Counted from the first letter of the stretch, positions 1-13,619 are shown. The stretch: 64,000 nucleotides of DNA from Chrysemys picta bellii (GCF_011386835.1 NC_088803.1:29078001-29142000); one strand, 5' to 3'. Translations and numbers: made by a program. The notes: generated from the letters alone by a model not told the origin.

Positions 1-406
1 CTCTTAATGCTCTTAAAGTGTTTGGCACTGAACTTGACTGTTCAGGATTTCTGGCATCAAGAGGGTGAAGATTTCCATACATTAGATGGGTGGCAACCCT
101 TCTGAGGATTAGGAGAACCTTCTCTTTGGGAGTGGGGAAGTAGAGAGGGATGACCACACGAAACAGGAATGACAGCCAGGTGTGATGGTGTAGCCCTGGG
201 TACTATGTGACTAGCTAATAAATAGAGTTAATCTTATACCCAGGCAAAATGGAAACATAGTTACAAGGAAAACAAGTGTATTGTGTTTATCCTCAGTATA
301 TTGTATATGCATGCCAAAAAAATAGAGAATTTGATTTTAGACTTTACTATTGAGTTTTAAATGTCTGCTTTACTTCCTCATTCAGATTCAAGGCCCAGCT
401 CATATT

Positions 407-476
407 ATGGCTGGCAGCGGGCCAAGATCAGGAACTGTCAGTGGATTTGCCATGAAATCACAGCTTCAGATTACTG
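407..476 (+). CDS. ITCH: ITCH first coding exon (exon begins at 386 after ttcag; ATG at 407)
   Basis: MAGSGPRSGTVSGFAMKSQLQIT; ATG in strong Kozak context (attATGg); donor gtaagt at 477; 70 nt, ends phase 1. Confidence 0.9.
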
Positions 477-2517
477 GTAAGTCTTTTAAAAGACTAAATA
501 CTTTTCCCCTCCAGGAATCGGGAGAAAATAACAAACAAAAACGTTGTGTACATAGTTAAGTAATAAGATGCTACTGGCAGTATGTTGTGTTTCACGATGT
601 TTTGGATATGAAGAGGACAAGACGTTCAACTTTGTTCTGCAATGAAACCAATAGTGTTGCTGTAATTCCCTCACAGAAATGCTATTTTATTAATTACATC
701 TTTTGTTACATGTATCTTTTACTTCCTAAAATCTAGTTTATAACATGGTAAAATCCAGACGGGAGAAATTTCTTTATTTTTCTCATATTCCTCCATACAG
801 TTATATTTAAAGGGAAATTGTCAGGTTAAGAATTGTACGCATAAAATATTTTCCTTACTGATAATACTTTAAAAATTGAAAAATGATTAAATCTTAATAT
901 TTTTATTGCCTTTTATAATATACTCTGTACATTTCAAGTTAGGTAAATTTATACTGCTCTCTTCTAGTCATGTTCTCTTGTTGGTTCTCATGCAGTAATA
1001 TGTTATAGCTGTTGGGCTGCAAGTACTGTAGGGGAATATTTAAATACAAGGTTTCACATTTAAATTTGGGAATAATACTCTGTTTAAGTACTTGTGAGGC
1101 AGGTTGGTTAAAGAGAGCACACAGCAGTGGATTTGTATGTGACATTGTCTCATACACAATGCCTCCCCCACAGTGCTGCAATTGATAACTTGCCAATTCA
1201 GCTTCATTGCTCTAGTGCGTCTGCCAATATTACTGATATGCCATAAGGCAAATTCTGCACCATACTCATGGATGCAGAAGACCTTGCTGGTGGAATTGGT
1301 GTGGATTCTCTGCAGAGTAGAGTGCTATATAGAGCCTTTTCTTTGGGTGTGCACCTCCATGTGTACCTGCAAGGCTCATTGTACAACATGTTCAGTGAGG
1401 ATTTGGAACAGAGACTGTGATGGTGGATCTGCCACTACACACATTCACTGGCAGTCCTCCCATAGAGATGCTACAGACCCGGAGGTTACTCCAGCCATGA
1501 AACTGGAGGAGTATCCATGGAGCAGCAGCTGCACCTATGTAACCTATGGAGGAGGATTCCTCTCCACAACCACCCTCCTTTTCCCAGAGAAATACAGTCC
1601 AACTGCTTGATCTGGGATTATGTGCAGAAACTACACAGACTTGAGTTTGGGGAGGATGGAAGGAATAGATTGAAAAAAAGTGAAAACAGCACACAGAAAT
1701 AGCAAGGAGAATGACAAAAGGAGGGACAGCAGCAGCTAGAGGCAATGCATGTTAGATTGGGACCAATTTTGGCCCCTTACTGAGTGGGCCAGCAGGAATT
1801 GGGAGGAGTACTTCGCCCTCTGCAAGCTGACTTGAAAAAGCAATGATGACAAACTTCAGAGCGCGCTGCATTCCCTCTTCCATCTGGCTAAGGAGAGCAC
1901 TGTAAGACCGTGGTATATGGTTTTTGGAAGGGAGTAAAGTGTTACAGCAAAAAAAATTGAGCATCCACTCACCAACCTGAAAGGGGGGCAGATTAATTAA
2001 AAAAATAAATGGATGAAAACTGTAGTGAGGGGGGAGAACTTTTTTTGTATGTAAAATATCCTAGTTTATCAGAATATTAAGGTTTTGAAGTCAAATACTC
2101 AAAAGTTAGGAAATGCCAGAAATAAGTTTTTTCCAGAGCAACCTTAATTCAGACCCCTTTTGAATATGCATTATGATAGACTTAAATTGCATGCTATTTT
2201 TTTCCCACAAGGACACCTGCTCATTCTCAGATCACACTCCTTCCTGAGACTGTTGTATGTAAGACCCCTGCTTCATTTGTTGCAGAAGTTGGCAGATGTG
2301 TTGTGAATGAGGTAGGGGACTGCAGGAAGAGGAAAGGATGGTCTCATGGTTAAGGCAGTTGAACGCCAACCAGAAGAACTGTAATTTATCTTTTCCTCTT
2401 CTGCAAAGCCCCTATTTGGTACTGGCAAGTCATGTAAACCAATTTTTTTGTAGGTGACCACTGTGATCCTCATTATCTGGATACCCAACTTGGTTTACAA
2501 AAGTATTTGGTTTACCA

Positions 2518-3135
2518 GATGTGGACTCCCCATCTCAAAAAAGATATATTGGAATTGGAAAAGGTTGAGAAAAGGCAACAAAAATGATTAGGGGTATGGA
2601 ATGGCTTCCGTGTGAGAAGAGATTAATAAGACTGGGATTTTTCAGCTTGGAAAAGAGACAGCTAAGGGGAGATACGATTGAGGTCTATAAAATCATGACT
2701 GGTGTAGAGAAAGTAGATAAGGAAGTGTTTACTACTTCTCATAACACAAGAACTAGGGGTCACCAAATGAAATGAATAGGCAGCAGGTTTAAAACAAATA
2801 AAAGGAAGTATTTCTTCACACAACGCACAGTCAATCTGTGGAACTCCTTGCCAGAAGATGTTGTGAAGGCCAAGACCATAACAGGGTTCAAAAAATAACT
2901 AGATAAATTCATGGAGGATAGGTCCATCAATGGCTATTAGCCAAGGTGGGTAGGAATGGTGTCCTTAGCCTCTGTTTGCCAGAAGCTGGGAATGAGCGAC
3001 GGAATGGATCACTTGATGATTACCTGTTCTGTTCATTCCCTCTGGGGCACCTGGCATTGGCCACTGTTGGAAGACGGGATACTGGGCTAGATGGACATTT
3101 GGTCTGACCCACTAGGGGCATTCTTATGTTTTTAT
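2518..3135 (+). mobile_element. CR1 LINE 3' fragment (5'-truncated)
   Basis: ORF2 C-terminal motif [23 protein letters not shown]...RTRGH, followed by a CR1 3'UTR ending in a ttcttatg-type tail. Confidence 0.9.
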
Positions 3136-3829
3136 GTATTCAGCACTCACAAAAGTGGCTGAGGTCAGTGGTCACTGTGCTCTGAACTTAGTGCTATAAT
3201 ATGCTAATTATTCTGAAAAATCAGGCGCCAGGCATCTACAATTGGGCACACAAAATTCATGGACCCATTTGACAATTTTAGCTTTAAGGAACTGAGATAC
3301 AGCTATTATCTGTCAGTTGAGGATAATACCATCATCCTCTACCACACAGGAGTGTTGTAAAGATAAGTTTATTAATTCTTGTGAAATACTAAGATGTTAC
3401 TGTGGTGAGTGCCATGAAAACCCATGATGAAATCCATAATACTGTATTCAGTGCAGTGTTTGAATGGTATGTGGTAAATAAGGCCATGGAAAAAATGTGA
3501 TCATGTCATTAAAGACTGAATGCATACAATCCAATTAAGAGCTGAATCAAGTGGGAGGGACAAGTGTGTGCAGTGGAGTGCTTTCTTATGGATTTTTTTT
3601 TTTTTATACAGTAAACATATAGCAATGTGTAACTAGATATCTGTTAGAGAAGGCAAGTTCAAAGAAATGCACCTGGCTCTTAAAGCAGAATGTGGTGAGG
3701 TTTGTTATGGCCCTTAGTTCCTGTGGGGGAGTTCACTCCACATTCTTGGACCAGCCCCAGAAAGCTCTGACTTCTGAACAGGCAAGCCTTACCCTTATTG
3801 TAGAATGTCGTCTTGTGCTGGAGGACTGA

Positions 3830-4960
3830 AATTGTTGACCGCTGTCTTCAGCTGGGGGACTTCCGTGATCTTTTAGATACCCTGGGCCACTGAGAGAAGA
3901 TAAGGACTGAGACCTTGAACTTGATTTGATATCCTGAGAGAAACTAGTGTAGAGAGCAGAGGACAGGTTTGCTAGGATTATGGTAGCTTGTGTTGCTGAG
4001 ATGGGTTGCAGTGTTCTGTATTAGGAGTTTCCTAAGTGCTGAAGATCAGGCTCAGCCTTACTGTATTGCTGTAGTCCAGCTAAGAAGTGACAATGGTCTG
4101 AGATCAGGCTGAGGTCAAACCATCATTTGCCAGGATGGGATGCTCCTCGCCAACCAGATATGATAGCAGCATTCACGAGTAATGCTTTCTATGTGAAAGC
4201 TTTGCATCCGGGAGGAATCCAAGAGTATTCCTAATGGTGGATTGAATTGACCAATTGTGGGCGTGTACTTTCAACCAAAGGAGACTGCACTGTAGCTGCA
4301 AACTCTTCAAAATGCTTTCCTCTGCCTCCCAGTACCACTTCTCCAATTGCTGGGTTCAGCGTTAATCAGCTGCTGTTCATCATCAAGCTGATCTTGTCCA
4401 AGAATTGGGCCATCTTGGTGACAGTAGTATGGTCATATGTGGTTCTGGATAGGTAGAGCTGTGTGTCATTGCATATTGCTGGCTGCCTGTAGCTGTTGAA
4501 TAGAACCAGAGAGAGATTTGATCCTTGTGTAGGACTCCATAGTAAAGGGGTCTGCTAGTGAAGAGGCGGTTTCCCATTATTACTCATTGAGTGTGTCCCT
4601 CCATGAAGGATTTGACCCATTTTATTATATTAACCCGTATTGTATGGTTGAGAGTGTCAAATGCTGCTGAGAGGTTCAGGAGAATGAGAATGAATATCTG
4701 CCCTCTAGCCACTGACATCAGGAGATCATCCATCAGTGCTACTAAAGCAATTTCAGTTCCTTGTCCAGACCTGAATCCAGATTGTTAGGTCTAGGATATT
4801 GGCTTCAATTAGATGATCTTGAAGTTGGCCTTTGATTAGCTTCTCAATGAGCTTGCTCAGGAATGGAATGTTTGACACTGGGCAATAGTTGGCTATAACT
4901 GATGTATCCAGGTAGGTTTCTTCATTGTTCCTCCATGCCTCAAGGAGGAAGGAAAGATTT
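3830..4960 (-). mobile_element. Decayed L2-like LINE reverse transcriptase region
   Basis: Minus-strand frames give NYCPVSNIPFLSKLIEK, QSGFRSGQGTEIALVALMDDLL...ILLNLSAAFDTLNH and GVxQGS/QYANDTQLYLS-like RT motifs, broken by frameshifts. Boundaries are approximate. Confidence 0.75.
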
Positions 4961-5046
4961 CTTCCCTGAATCAGTGCTCTAGTTGTGCCAGAATGCCCCA
5001 GAAAACCATTCCAGCACCTTTTTAGGAGTTAAAATTGTGTTTCAAT

Positions 5047-6638
5047 TAAGGCTTTCGATTAATTGCAGTTAACTCGCGTGATAACTCAAAATTAATCGCG
5101 ATTAAAAAAAATTAATTGTGATCAGTTTTAATTGTACTGTTAAACAATGGAATACCAATTAAAATTTATAAAATATTTTTGGATGTTTTCTACATTTTCA
5201 AATATATTGATTTCAATTACAACCCAATATACAAAGTAGACAATGCTCACTTTATTTTTTTATTACAAATATTTGCACTGTAAAAATGATAGACAAAAGA
5301 AATAGTATGTTTCAATTCACCTCATACAAGTACTGTAGTGTAATCTCTTTATCGTGAAAGTGCAATTTACAAATGTAGATTTATTTTTTGGTTACATAAC
5401 TGCACTCAAAAACAAAACAATGTAAAACTTTAGCACCAACAGGTCCACTCAGTCCTACTTCTTGTTCAGCCAATCGCTAAGACAAACAAGTTTTTTTACA
5501 TTTACGGGAGATAAAGCTGCCCGCTTCTTGTTTACAATGTCACCTGACAGTGAGAACAGGCACTGTTGAGTGCATTTCAAGGTCTTTACGTGCCAGATAT
5601 GCTAAACATTCATATGCCCCTTCATGCTTCGGCCACCATTCCAGAGGACATGCTTCCATGCTGATGATTCTCATTAAAAAAAGGTGTTAATTAAATTTGC
5701 GACTAAACTCCTTGGGGGAGAATTGTACGTCTCCTGCTCTGTTTTACCCGCATTCTGCCATATATTTAATGTTACAGCAGTCTCAGATGATGACCCAGCA
5801 CATATTGTTCGTTTTAAGAACACTTTCACAGCAGATTTGACAAAACGCAAAGAAGGTACCAATGTGAGATTTCTAAAGATAGCTACAGCACTTGACACAA
5901 GGTTTAAGAATCTGAAGTGCCTTCCAAAGTCTGAGAGGGACGAGGTGTAGAGCATTCTTTCACAAGTCTTAAAAGAGCAACACTCCGATGCAGAAACTAT
6001 AGAACCCAAACCACCAAAAAAAGAAAATCTGCTGGTGGCATCTGATTGACTCAGATGATGAAAATGAACATGCGTCGGTCCGCAATGCTTTGGATGGTTA
6101 TTGAGCAGAACCAGTTATCAGTATGGACGCATGTCCTCTGGAATGGTGGTTGAAGCATGAAGGGACATAAATGTCTTGCGACACCTGCTACAGCAGTGCC
6201 ATGCAAATGTCTGTTCTCACTTTCAGGTAATATTGTAAACAAGAAGTGGGCAGCATTATGTCCTGCAATGTAAACAAATTTGTTTGTCTGAGCAATTGGC
6301 TGAACCAAAAGTAGAACTGAGTGGACTTATAGGCTCTAGTGTTTTATTTTTGAATGCAGTTAGTTTTTGTACATAATTCTACATTTGTAAGTTCAGCTTT
6401 AATGATAGAGATTGCAATAATGTACTTGTATTAGGTGAATTGAAAAATACTATGTGTTTTGTTTTTTACAGTGCAAACATTTGTAATCAAAAATAAATAA
6501 GTGATCACTGCACACTTTATATTCTGTGTTGTAATTCAAATCAGTTTATTTGAAAATGTAGAAAACATCCAAAACTATTTAAATAAATGGTATCCTATTA
6601 ACAGTGTGATTAATTTTTTTAATCACTTGACAGCCCTA
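5047..6638 (+). mobile_element. hAT (Ac-family) DNA transposon, internally deleted, with transposase relic
   Basis: Terminal repeats taaggctttcgattaa / ttgacagcccta; 8-bp TSD gtttcaat/gttccaat; ORF relics ATALDTRFKNLKCL and hATC-like CPLEWWLKHEG...TPATAVPC. Confidence 0.88.
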
Positions 6639-7609
6639 GTTCCAATATTTCTGCTGATCCTAGGCCACGTGTTTCCTTTCTCTCCCCAGCGGCAGAGCAT
6701 CATCAGAGCCGGCAGGTGTCTGTGCCAGGCTTAGGTGGCAGTGGGTCAGCGTGGAGGAAGCCAGGAATGCTACAGCTATAACCAAGAGGGCTGGAAGCCC
6801 TGGGCAGAACTGGAGCCAGGCTATGTCAGGAGCAGGGTAGTGGGGCTTTCTGGACAGTGGAGCCTCCCATGGGGAGCAGGAGCCAGGGACAGGATGGGTT
6901 TTGTGCGGAGTCACCTCCTTTTCCCCTGGCCTCTCCCAGCTTATCTGCTGCCCCTGCCTTTCTCCAAGCTTCCCTGTGCTCCTTCCCGGGTCCTCCCACT
7001 GCCCTGTGTTCCAGCACTTCTTTTTTGTAGGATGCCAGCACTGTCCTGAATGAGGTATTGGCTATTTTGCTACTCTTTCACAAGCCCTAAAGAGCATGCG
7101 TCAGATTCAGGGACTGGAATCTTTTAGAGCAACAGAATAGACCTCTGTCATTTGAGCTAACTATCTTGTAGCTATTACAGAAAGCTGTTATCTTTTAGGT
7201 GGATTAGTTACGAGAGGAGGATGAAATGCACACTTTGCATCGGGGGAAACATTACCCCTGTGGCGGATTATTTACCAGGGTTCCAGAATCACCTGGTATG
7301 TCACCTCAGTAAAAACTTGTCCCTGAATCACAAGTGGTCTCTGAAGTCCAATGTCCTGCAGTCCATCTTTACGGTTTGGAGCATCCTGAAGATTGACCTC
7401 TTCACCACAAGAGACATCAATAAATGCCATCTCCTTTGCTCTTGAGGGAATCTCAGTCCGGGCTCCCTGACGGATGCTTTTCACTGGAGCTGGGAAACGG
7501 CACTCCGTATGCTCTTCCTCCAGTTCCAGTCATCCCGCAGTCCTTCTCAAGATGAAATTGGATTGTGCCAAGTTGATTCTCATTGCTCCAGTGTGGCTGA
7601 GACAATGTT

Positions 7610-7812
7610 AACGAGGAATCCGGTGGCACCTTAAAGACTAACAGATTTATTTGGTCATAAGCTTTCGTGGGTAAAAAGACCACTTGCATTTGAAGAAGTG
7701 GTTTTTTACACACGAAAGCTTATGCCCAAATAAATCTGTTAGTCTTTAAGGTGCCACCAGACTCCTTGTTGTTTTTGTGGATACAGACTAACACGGCTAC
7801 CCCTCTGATACT
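7610..7812 (+). mobile_element. Penelope-like element remnant with inverted pseudo-LTR, inserted in the DIRS copy
   Basis: ggtggcaccttaaagactaacagatttattt recurs in inverted form; 3' end gatacagactaacacggctacccctctgatact; 12-bp TSD tgagacaatgtt/tgagacaatatt. Confidence 0.82.
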
Positions 7813-8862
7813 TGAGACAATATTGGTTCTTTGACCTCTTCACCTTGTCAGTTCAGCCTCCCATATCTCTTCCTTTTCACCCCAACCTCCTGACTCAGCA
7901 TCGATCAGATTTTGCATCCAGCGCTCAGCTCCCTGCATCTCATAGCATGGATCCTGCATGATTAGATGAGATGGAGGAACGATGTTTGGAGGTGATCCGG
8001 CAAATCTTGCTTAGTAGTAGGAAGCCCTGCACTAGAGTGGTCTATTTGGCCAAGTGGAAGTGGTTGTCAATGTGATTGTGATTGTTAGCTCGGTGAGTTC
8101 AAACAAAGATGGCTTCTATCCAGGACATCTTGGACTACCTGTGACGCCTTCAGTCTGCTGGTCTTGCACTTAGTTCATCGACAGTGCACCTGGAAGTGAT
8201 TTTTGGTATTTGATCCACCTATCCATGGGAAGTCAGTGTGTTCGAACTGCAGGGTGGTGAGGGTCTTGAAAGGGAAATGCTTGTCTCTACCTGTTGATTT
8301 AGGAACTGGTTCCTTTGTGGGACCTTAATACTGCTTTAGCAGCTTTTATGGGACCTGTGTACGAGCCTCTGACTACTACTTCTTTCTCCCTTCTGTGTCA
8401 GAAAACTGTTTTCCTTGTAGTGATAACATGTGCAAGGAGAGTGAGAGTGTTGCTGGCTTTGATGGCAGAGCCTCTTTTACATGCAATTTTCCAGAGACAA
8501 AGTAACCCTTCAGCCACACCCTAAGTTTTTATCTAAAGTGGCTTCTCAGTTTCACTTGAATCGAGTTATTTATCTACCAGTGTTCTTTTCTAAAACGCAT
8601 TCAACCCCAGATGAGCAGCATCTTCACACGTTGGCTGTCAGGCGATGTTTAGCTTTTTACCTGAATATAATCTTTCTGTTGTTCTTCTCGTCTATTTGTT
8701 TCATATGTGGACCGAATGAAGGGGCAAGTAGCTTTTTCACAGACAGCCTCCAGGTGGATAACTTCCTATATCATGACAGCATATGAAGTAGCTCAGATTG
8801 TGTCTCCTCAAGGGTGTGAGCTCATTCCACAGAGGCCAAGGCAACGTCGATGCCATTTCTAA

Positions 8863-9121
8863 GGGCTAATCTGGAAGTGCTAGAGCTGTGCTGCTGTAGC
8901 GTGTCTGGTGAGGATGATGGGAGAGAGCTCTCCCGTTGGCATAGTAACTCCACCTCTGAGAGAGGTGGTAGCTATATCGTCGAGAAAAGCTCTCCTGGTG
9001 ACATAGCGCTGTCCATGCCAGCGCTTAGGTCAGTGTAACTTATGTCATTCAAGTGCATAGATTATTCACACCCCTGAGCAAAGTAAGTTATAACAAAGTA
9101 AGAGCTAGTGTATACCAACCC
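8863..9121. mobile_element. Harbinger/PIF-type MITE inserted in the DIRS YR ORF
   Basis: Ends gggctaatct / tagtgtataccaaccc, 3-bp flanks taa/tta; same internal sequence as the copies at 43629 and 51104. Removing it rejoins the YR frame (PFLSDVPMLDICRAATW). Confidence 0.75.
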
Positions 9122-9474
9122 TTAGTGATGTTCCTATGCTGGACATTTGCCGGGCTGCCACTTGGTCCTCCGCACCTAGGTTTACAAACCATTATGCCAT
9201 TACTACTGCATCCAAATCAGATGCAAACTTTGGGAAGGCAATCCTGTAGTCCTTTTTAAAATAGATTCCAAGCCCCACTTCCTGATTGTGAGTCACCTAC
9301 ATGGAATACATGGCTGCATCTACTCAGAGGTTTAAAAAAAAAAAAGTTACATATCTGTCTGTAATGGTTATTCTTCAAGATGTGACCTAGACATGTTATT
9401 TCACAGCCCATCCTCCATCCTGTCTGCACTTTTGAAATTCAGTGTGAAGGAACTGACGGGGGTGTAGTAGGAAG

Positions 9475-9533
9475 AGGGCCTGGGGTGGCACACAGAGGGA
9501 ACACAGGGCCTGGGGCGGCACACAGAGGGAACA
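9475..9533. repeat. Tandem duplication of a 30-bp unit inside the DIRS right terminal region
   Basis: agggcctggggtggcacacagagggaacac followed by agggcctggggcggcacacagagggaaca (one mismatch). Confidence 0.85.
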
Positions 9534-9698
9534 GACATCTTGACTACACAGGGTTGGGGTGGCGTGGTCCTTACAAAGCCAGGGTAGGGGCTAGGGCCAC
9601 AGGGTGTAAGCCACACCCTTACTGGTACTGCCAGGCAAAGTTCTCCAGCTTTGGTGTGCTGAGTGTGCTCACTCCTACATGGAATACACATCTGCATT

Positions 9699-10105
9699 TG
9701 TCACAACCAGAACATGGACAGTCTGACTTAGTGGTCAGAGCAGGAGTCTGGCCGGGTCAGATACCAGGAGATCAGAAGCAGGAGACAAACTTGAGAGCGG
9801 AAACATGGATTGATAACCAGAGTCAGGCCAAGTCAGGATACCAGGAAGTCAAGGCAGGGGAGCAGGAGCAGGAAGTACAAGGCACATAGTCCAGAGCAAG
9901 GTGGATTCCAGTTGCATGGACAACTTCCTGTTCCGAGTTTAAACAGGGACTCCCAACATTCTGCCAATCAGCTTCCAGGATTGAGGTCCTCGGTCTGAGT
10001 TCAGCTCCTATTTTGCCAAAAGTTAGCACATTTTGGTAGCAGGTTGGAACCTGCTGGCTCCAAAGACCCCAGTGGACCAGGGTTCAAGAACCACGGTCCC
10101 TGATA
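9699..10105. mobile_element. Probable solo LTR (Gypsy-like) inserted in the DIRS right terminal repeat
   Basis: Begins tgtcac and ends cctgata (TG...CA with one change); 5-bp TSD gcatt/gcatc. DIRS terminal sequence resumes exactly after it. Confidence 0.65.
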
Positions 10106-11211
10106 GCATCACATCTTGCAGAACAACAGATACAGTACAGATAAGTAACCATTTTTTATCTGAATGCCATGGGGTGACATTAATTTCCTTTGAATAATCA
10201 AGGATAAATATGGGTTGCTGCTGCCAGGATGCTGCACAGCTACTAAATGTTGCAGAGTTTAAACACTTAAGGATTCTGATTATAAAGTTTCCTATATAGA
10301 AGATTTCACATGTCTTATTTCAAACTTTAAGGGACCCCTCTGACCTTTGGCTAACCAAGAGCCATTGTCCTAGTAACATACTAGAGGAAATTTAGATGTT
10401 CAGGTAATGAATTTGCAGATAACGTGAATTCATCTGTTCCTGAGCGCATACAGGTCTTCAAGTCAAATTGCCTCTAAAGAGATTGGCATTGTACACATAT
10501 GCATATCTAATAATGTTATAAGGAAACTGACAAGCCAAAAAAGTGTTTAATAATGTGTAAACAGACTGGTAAAAGTTAGTGCAAAACTCTTTTTGGATGT
10601 GCATTTAAAATGCACTGGTGAAATCTTTACTGTAGTCCTCCTAAGCAATTACATGTGCCATCTTATCCAGAAAGTGTAGGCTGAATCAAGGCAGGCAGCG
10701 GTAGTATGAGGCAGGGTCTCAACATTGCAGCCTCTTTGAAGAGGGCAACATGCACCTCCATAACTAGTATGTGCTGGAGACACCAAACACGTTAGCTTCC
10801 TGGAGGTCAGTTGTAACCTTCTAGCAGTGTTAGTGTGAGAAGACTTTCATATACTCAGCTAGTGTTGGAGCACTGAACTTTCTGCTCTCAGACTAGCTGA
10901 ATTCTTCAAATCCAGTGTCTGCATCAAATTCTTCTTTGATTTGAAATCACAGTGCACAAAAGTGTGATATGTCATAATAGTGAATCTAGTTCAAGGTAAA
11001 GATAATTCTTGTGCAGTAGTCTTGTGGGGTTTATTTTATTTGAGCTGTATTATATGTCAATGTATTTTAGGTTATTACAGCCATAGCTACTTTCTATACT
11101 AAGGAGAACAAGGTTGTATGCATTTTTAACAAATTAGTTTGTTACAGGAATGCAGCTAGTTTTCAAAGTGCATTTTTAACTGATAGCTTATTGAATAGAA
11201 TAAAATATTAA

Positions 11212-11379
<168 letters not shown>

Positions 11380-12450
11380 TAGGTTTGGAGCTGTTTTTAC
11401 TTTATAGATCAATATATGAAATTTAGTAATTATTACGTTATAGGCAATTAATGTCAAGAATCATTTCTAAACTGCGCTCTGTGTTACAACACAATATGAC
11501 AAAACCAGTGTTTTTCATATTTAAAGAAAAAGGTGGTACTGTAATACGGCTGCTATAGTATGAAGCATTTATGTAAATGCTGTGTGTTAACTTATGTGGC
11601 ATGGAAGGGATGCAGTGTTAACACAGAAATATATTCCATATTAGCACATATGATATGCAAATAAAGCTGCTTTTTGACATGAAAAGTAAGGAAAATCTGT
11701 GATAGAGCTGACACTATCCCATGCTCACTTGTTCAGTACATATTTACCAGGCGTGTGGGGGTTGTCATCTCAAAATTCTGGACTCTGGTTTCAAGACACA
11801 GCTATTCATTGTGTCATATTATTAGTTATCTAGCAGGTTATATTTTAGAGCATGCTTTTTGGTAACTCCTACTTGCACAGATCCAACCTCCAATGCAAGT
11901 GTGAAATTCCTTGTATACCCGCAAAAGAGAACTTCTTTATCTTTCTTGAAATCCAGTTCTCTAGAAATGCTCCAGAATGCATCATATGGAACATTGGAAT
12001 CAACTGAAATTGTATGCAGCTGTTAGTACTTCTGGTAGCACTTATGTTCCAGAAATATTGCATTATAAGTCCCCTTTAGAGAACCTGAGAACACCCTGGT
12101 TAGTGAGAGAATATTCCATACCTGTGCCTGACTCAGGATGCAAAGTTAACTTCTTCTCTTTATTTGGTTTGTACCGCAGCACTGAAGAGCCATTCTTAAG
12201 AGAACAAGACCTGTATGTTTTATATACATTAAAACACTAAGATTGCAGGAGCCAGTTGTATAGCAGAATCTGTTTTTTGTTTATTAATCTTGACAACCCG
12301 CTTTTTAAAATATAAGATACAAAGTATTTTCACTCTCCAGGTCTGCCACCCAACACACATCAATACATGAGCATTTTCTGCACATTGGCCCTGTTCAGTC
12401 TACATTGTATGCAGATCCACTGTACTTGCGTTGTAAACTAAGACTGCTGG

Positions 12451-12917
12451 TAGAGCCGGGAAGAGAATAAATAATCTGTTTTGTGGAAGTTTTTGATATT
12501 TCAGAGTTTGGTTTAGTTCCAATTTGGAATGAAAACCAAAAATCTCTAAACTATCTGTGAAAGGAAATGGAGCCCTGAGCAGTCTGCTTGGTGGACTGTC
12601 CCAGAGCTGTGGACCCTGGAAACCCTGGGGTTCCCAGTTCTCTGGTAGTCCACCTGGTGGGCTGCCCCAAAGCTGTGGTCTCTGGGAGCCTGGGCTGCTG
12701 AGGACCTGGGTGGTGGTGCTTCCAGGATGTTGGGCCCCCACAAGGCAGGCTGCCAAGGAACCAGGCAGGCAACTTTGCAGGAAACCAGACAGTTTTCTTT
12801 CCATAATTCTGCTGGATCCTGTCAGAATTTTGTCAACATCAAACAGTCTTTGTGAAACGTTTAGATTCCAATGAATTGACAAATACTGATGAAAAGGTGT
12901 TTTTCTGGTCAGCTCTA
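12451..12917. mobile_element. Old non-autonomous DNA transposon-like element
   Basis: Weak terminal inverted match tagagc.../...cagctcta around a GC-rich internally repetitive core; no clear TSD. Confidence 0.35.
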
Positions 12918-13619
12918 GCTACCAGTTTGCTGTGGTAGCCACAAATGACTTTTTTTTCTCCTTGGACGTTCTAAAACTAATAGAAATGTGTGCAGTTTAA
13001 TTGTTCCTATTGTTTTCTTCCATGATACCTTAGGGGAGAAAAGAGCCCAAAATAAGCTGATAGTATTTTAATGTTACTTAACCCTTCCTCTAAAGATCTT
13101 CTATGCTGCTGTCATTTCAGTAGAATGTGATTGGAATCAGTAAAAAGTTAAGGCATGACCACATGAGCTGGAATTTATATTGAGGTGTTCATAGTGTTGT
13201 AAAGACCTATAAAAAGAGCATGTCCCTTCCTCTAAGAAATTAGTCTACGTCAGACCAATAACACAGCAAAAATGACATCAGGCAGTAGTGGGCAGAAAGG
13301 ACGACGAAAAACTATGTTAGACTGCAGGAAGTATAAGGAAGTGAATACTGCTTTGGCCGGGTAGCCTACCTCTTTTTTTTTTTTTTTTTTTTTCCCCTCG
13401 CTCCACCCACAGAGATTAGTGAATGAAAAGTTAACTTGAAAGGAGACATTTGGAGGAGAGCAGAGTTGCTTGAATAAATATCACCTCTTTTATAAAGCAT
13501 TTTGAGAATTACTTATGAAAAGTGCTATATAACAGCTACGTATTAGTCTTACATAATGTAACAGAGAGTGTTCCAGATCTAGGTGGCAATGTGAAGAAAA
13601 AAACGTAAGTGGGAGGAGG

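Larger units (their letters stand above)
7240..10157 (+). mobile_element. DIRS-type tyrosine-recombinase retrotransposon, 3' half (RNase H end, YR, ICR, right terminal repeat), with three nested insertions
   Basis: RNase H motifs YLPGFQNHLVCHLSK...IDLFTT; YR motifs WDLNTALAAFMGPVYEPL...FLVVITCARRV and DICRAATWSS; ICR about 9290-9400; terminal gataagtaaccattttt. Confidence 0.85.

Noticed and set aside
350-559. 69-aa ORF as a stand-alone gene
   Set aside because: Only 407-476 is coding (first ITCH coding exon); the rest is intron or UTR read in frame.
1100-1980. Several 60-145 aa ORFs in intron 1
   Set aside because: I could not recognise any protein or transposase motif, and no TIR or TSD boundaries were found.
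12400-12882. 160-aa minus-strand ORF with repeated GSPPGG/PQLW motifs
   Set aside because: It tracks the internal repeats of an old DNA-transposon-like element, with no recognisable protein family.
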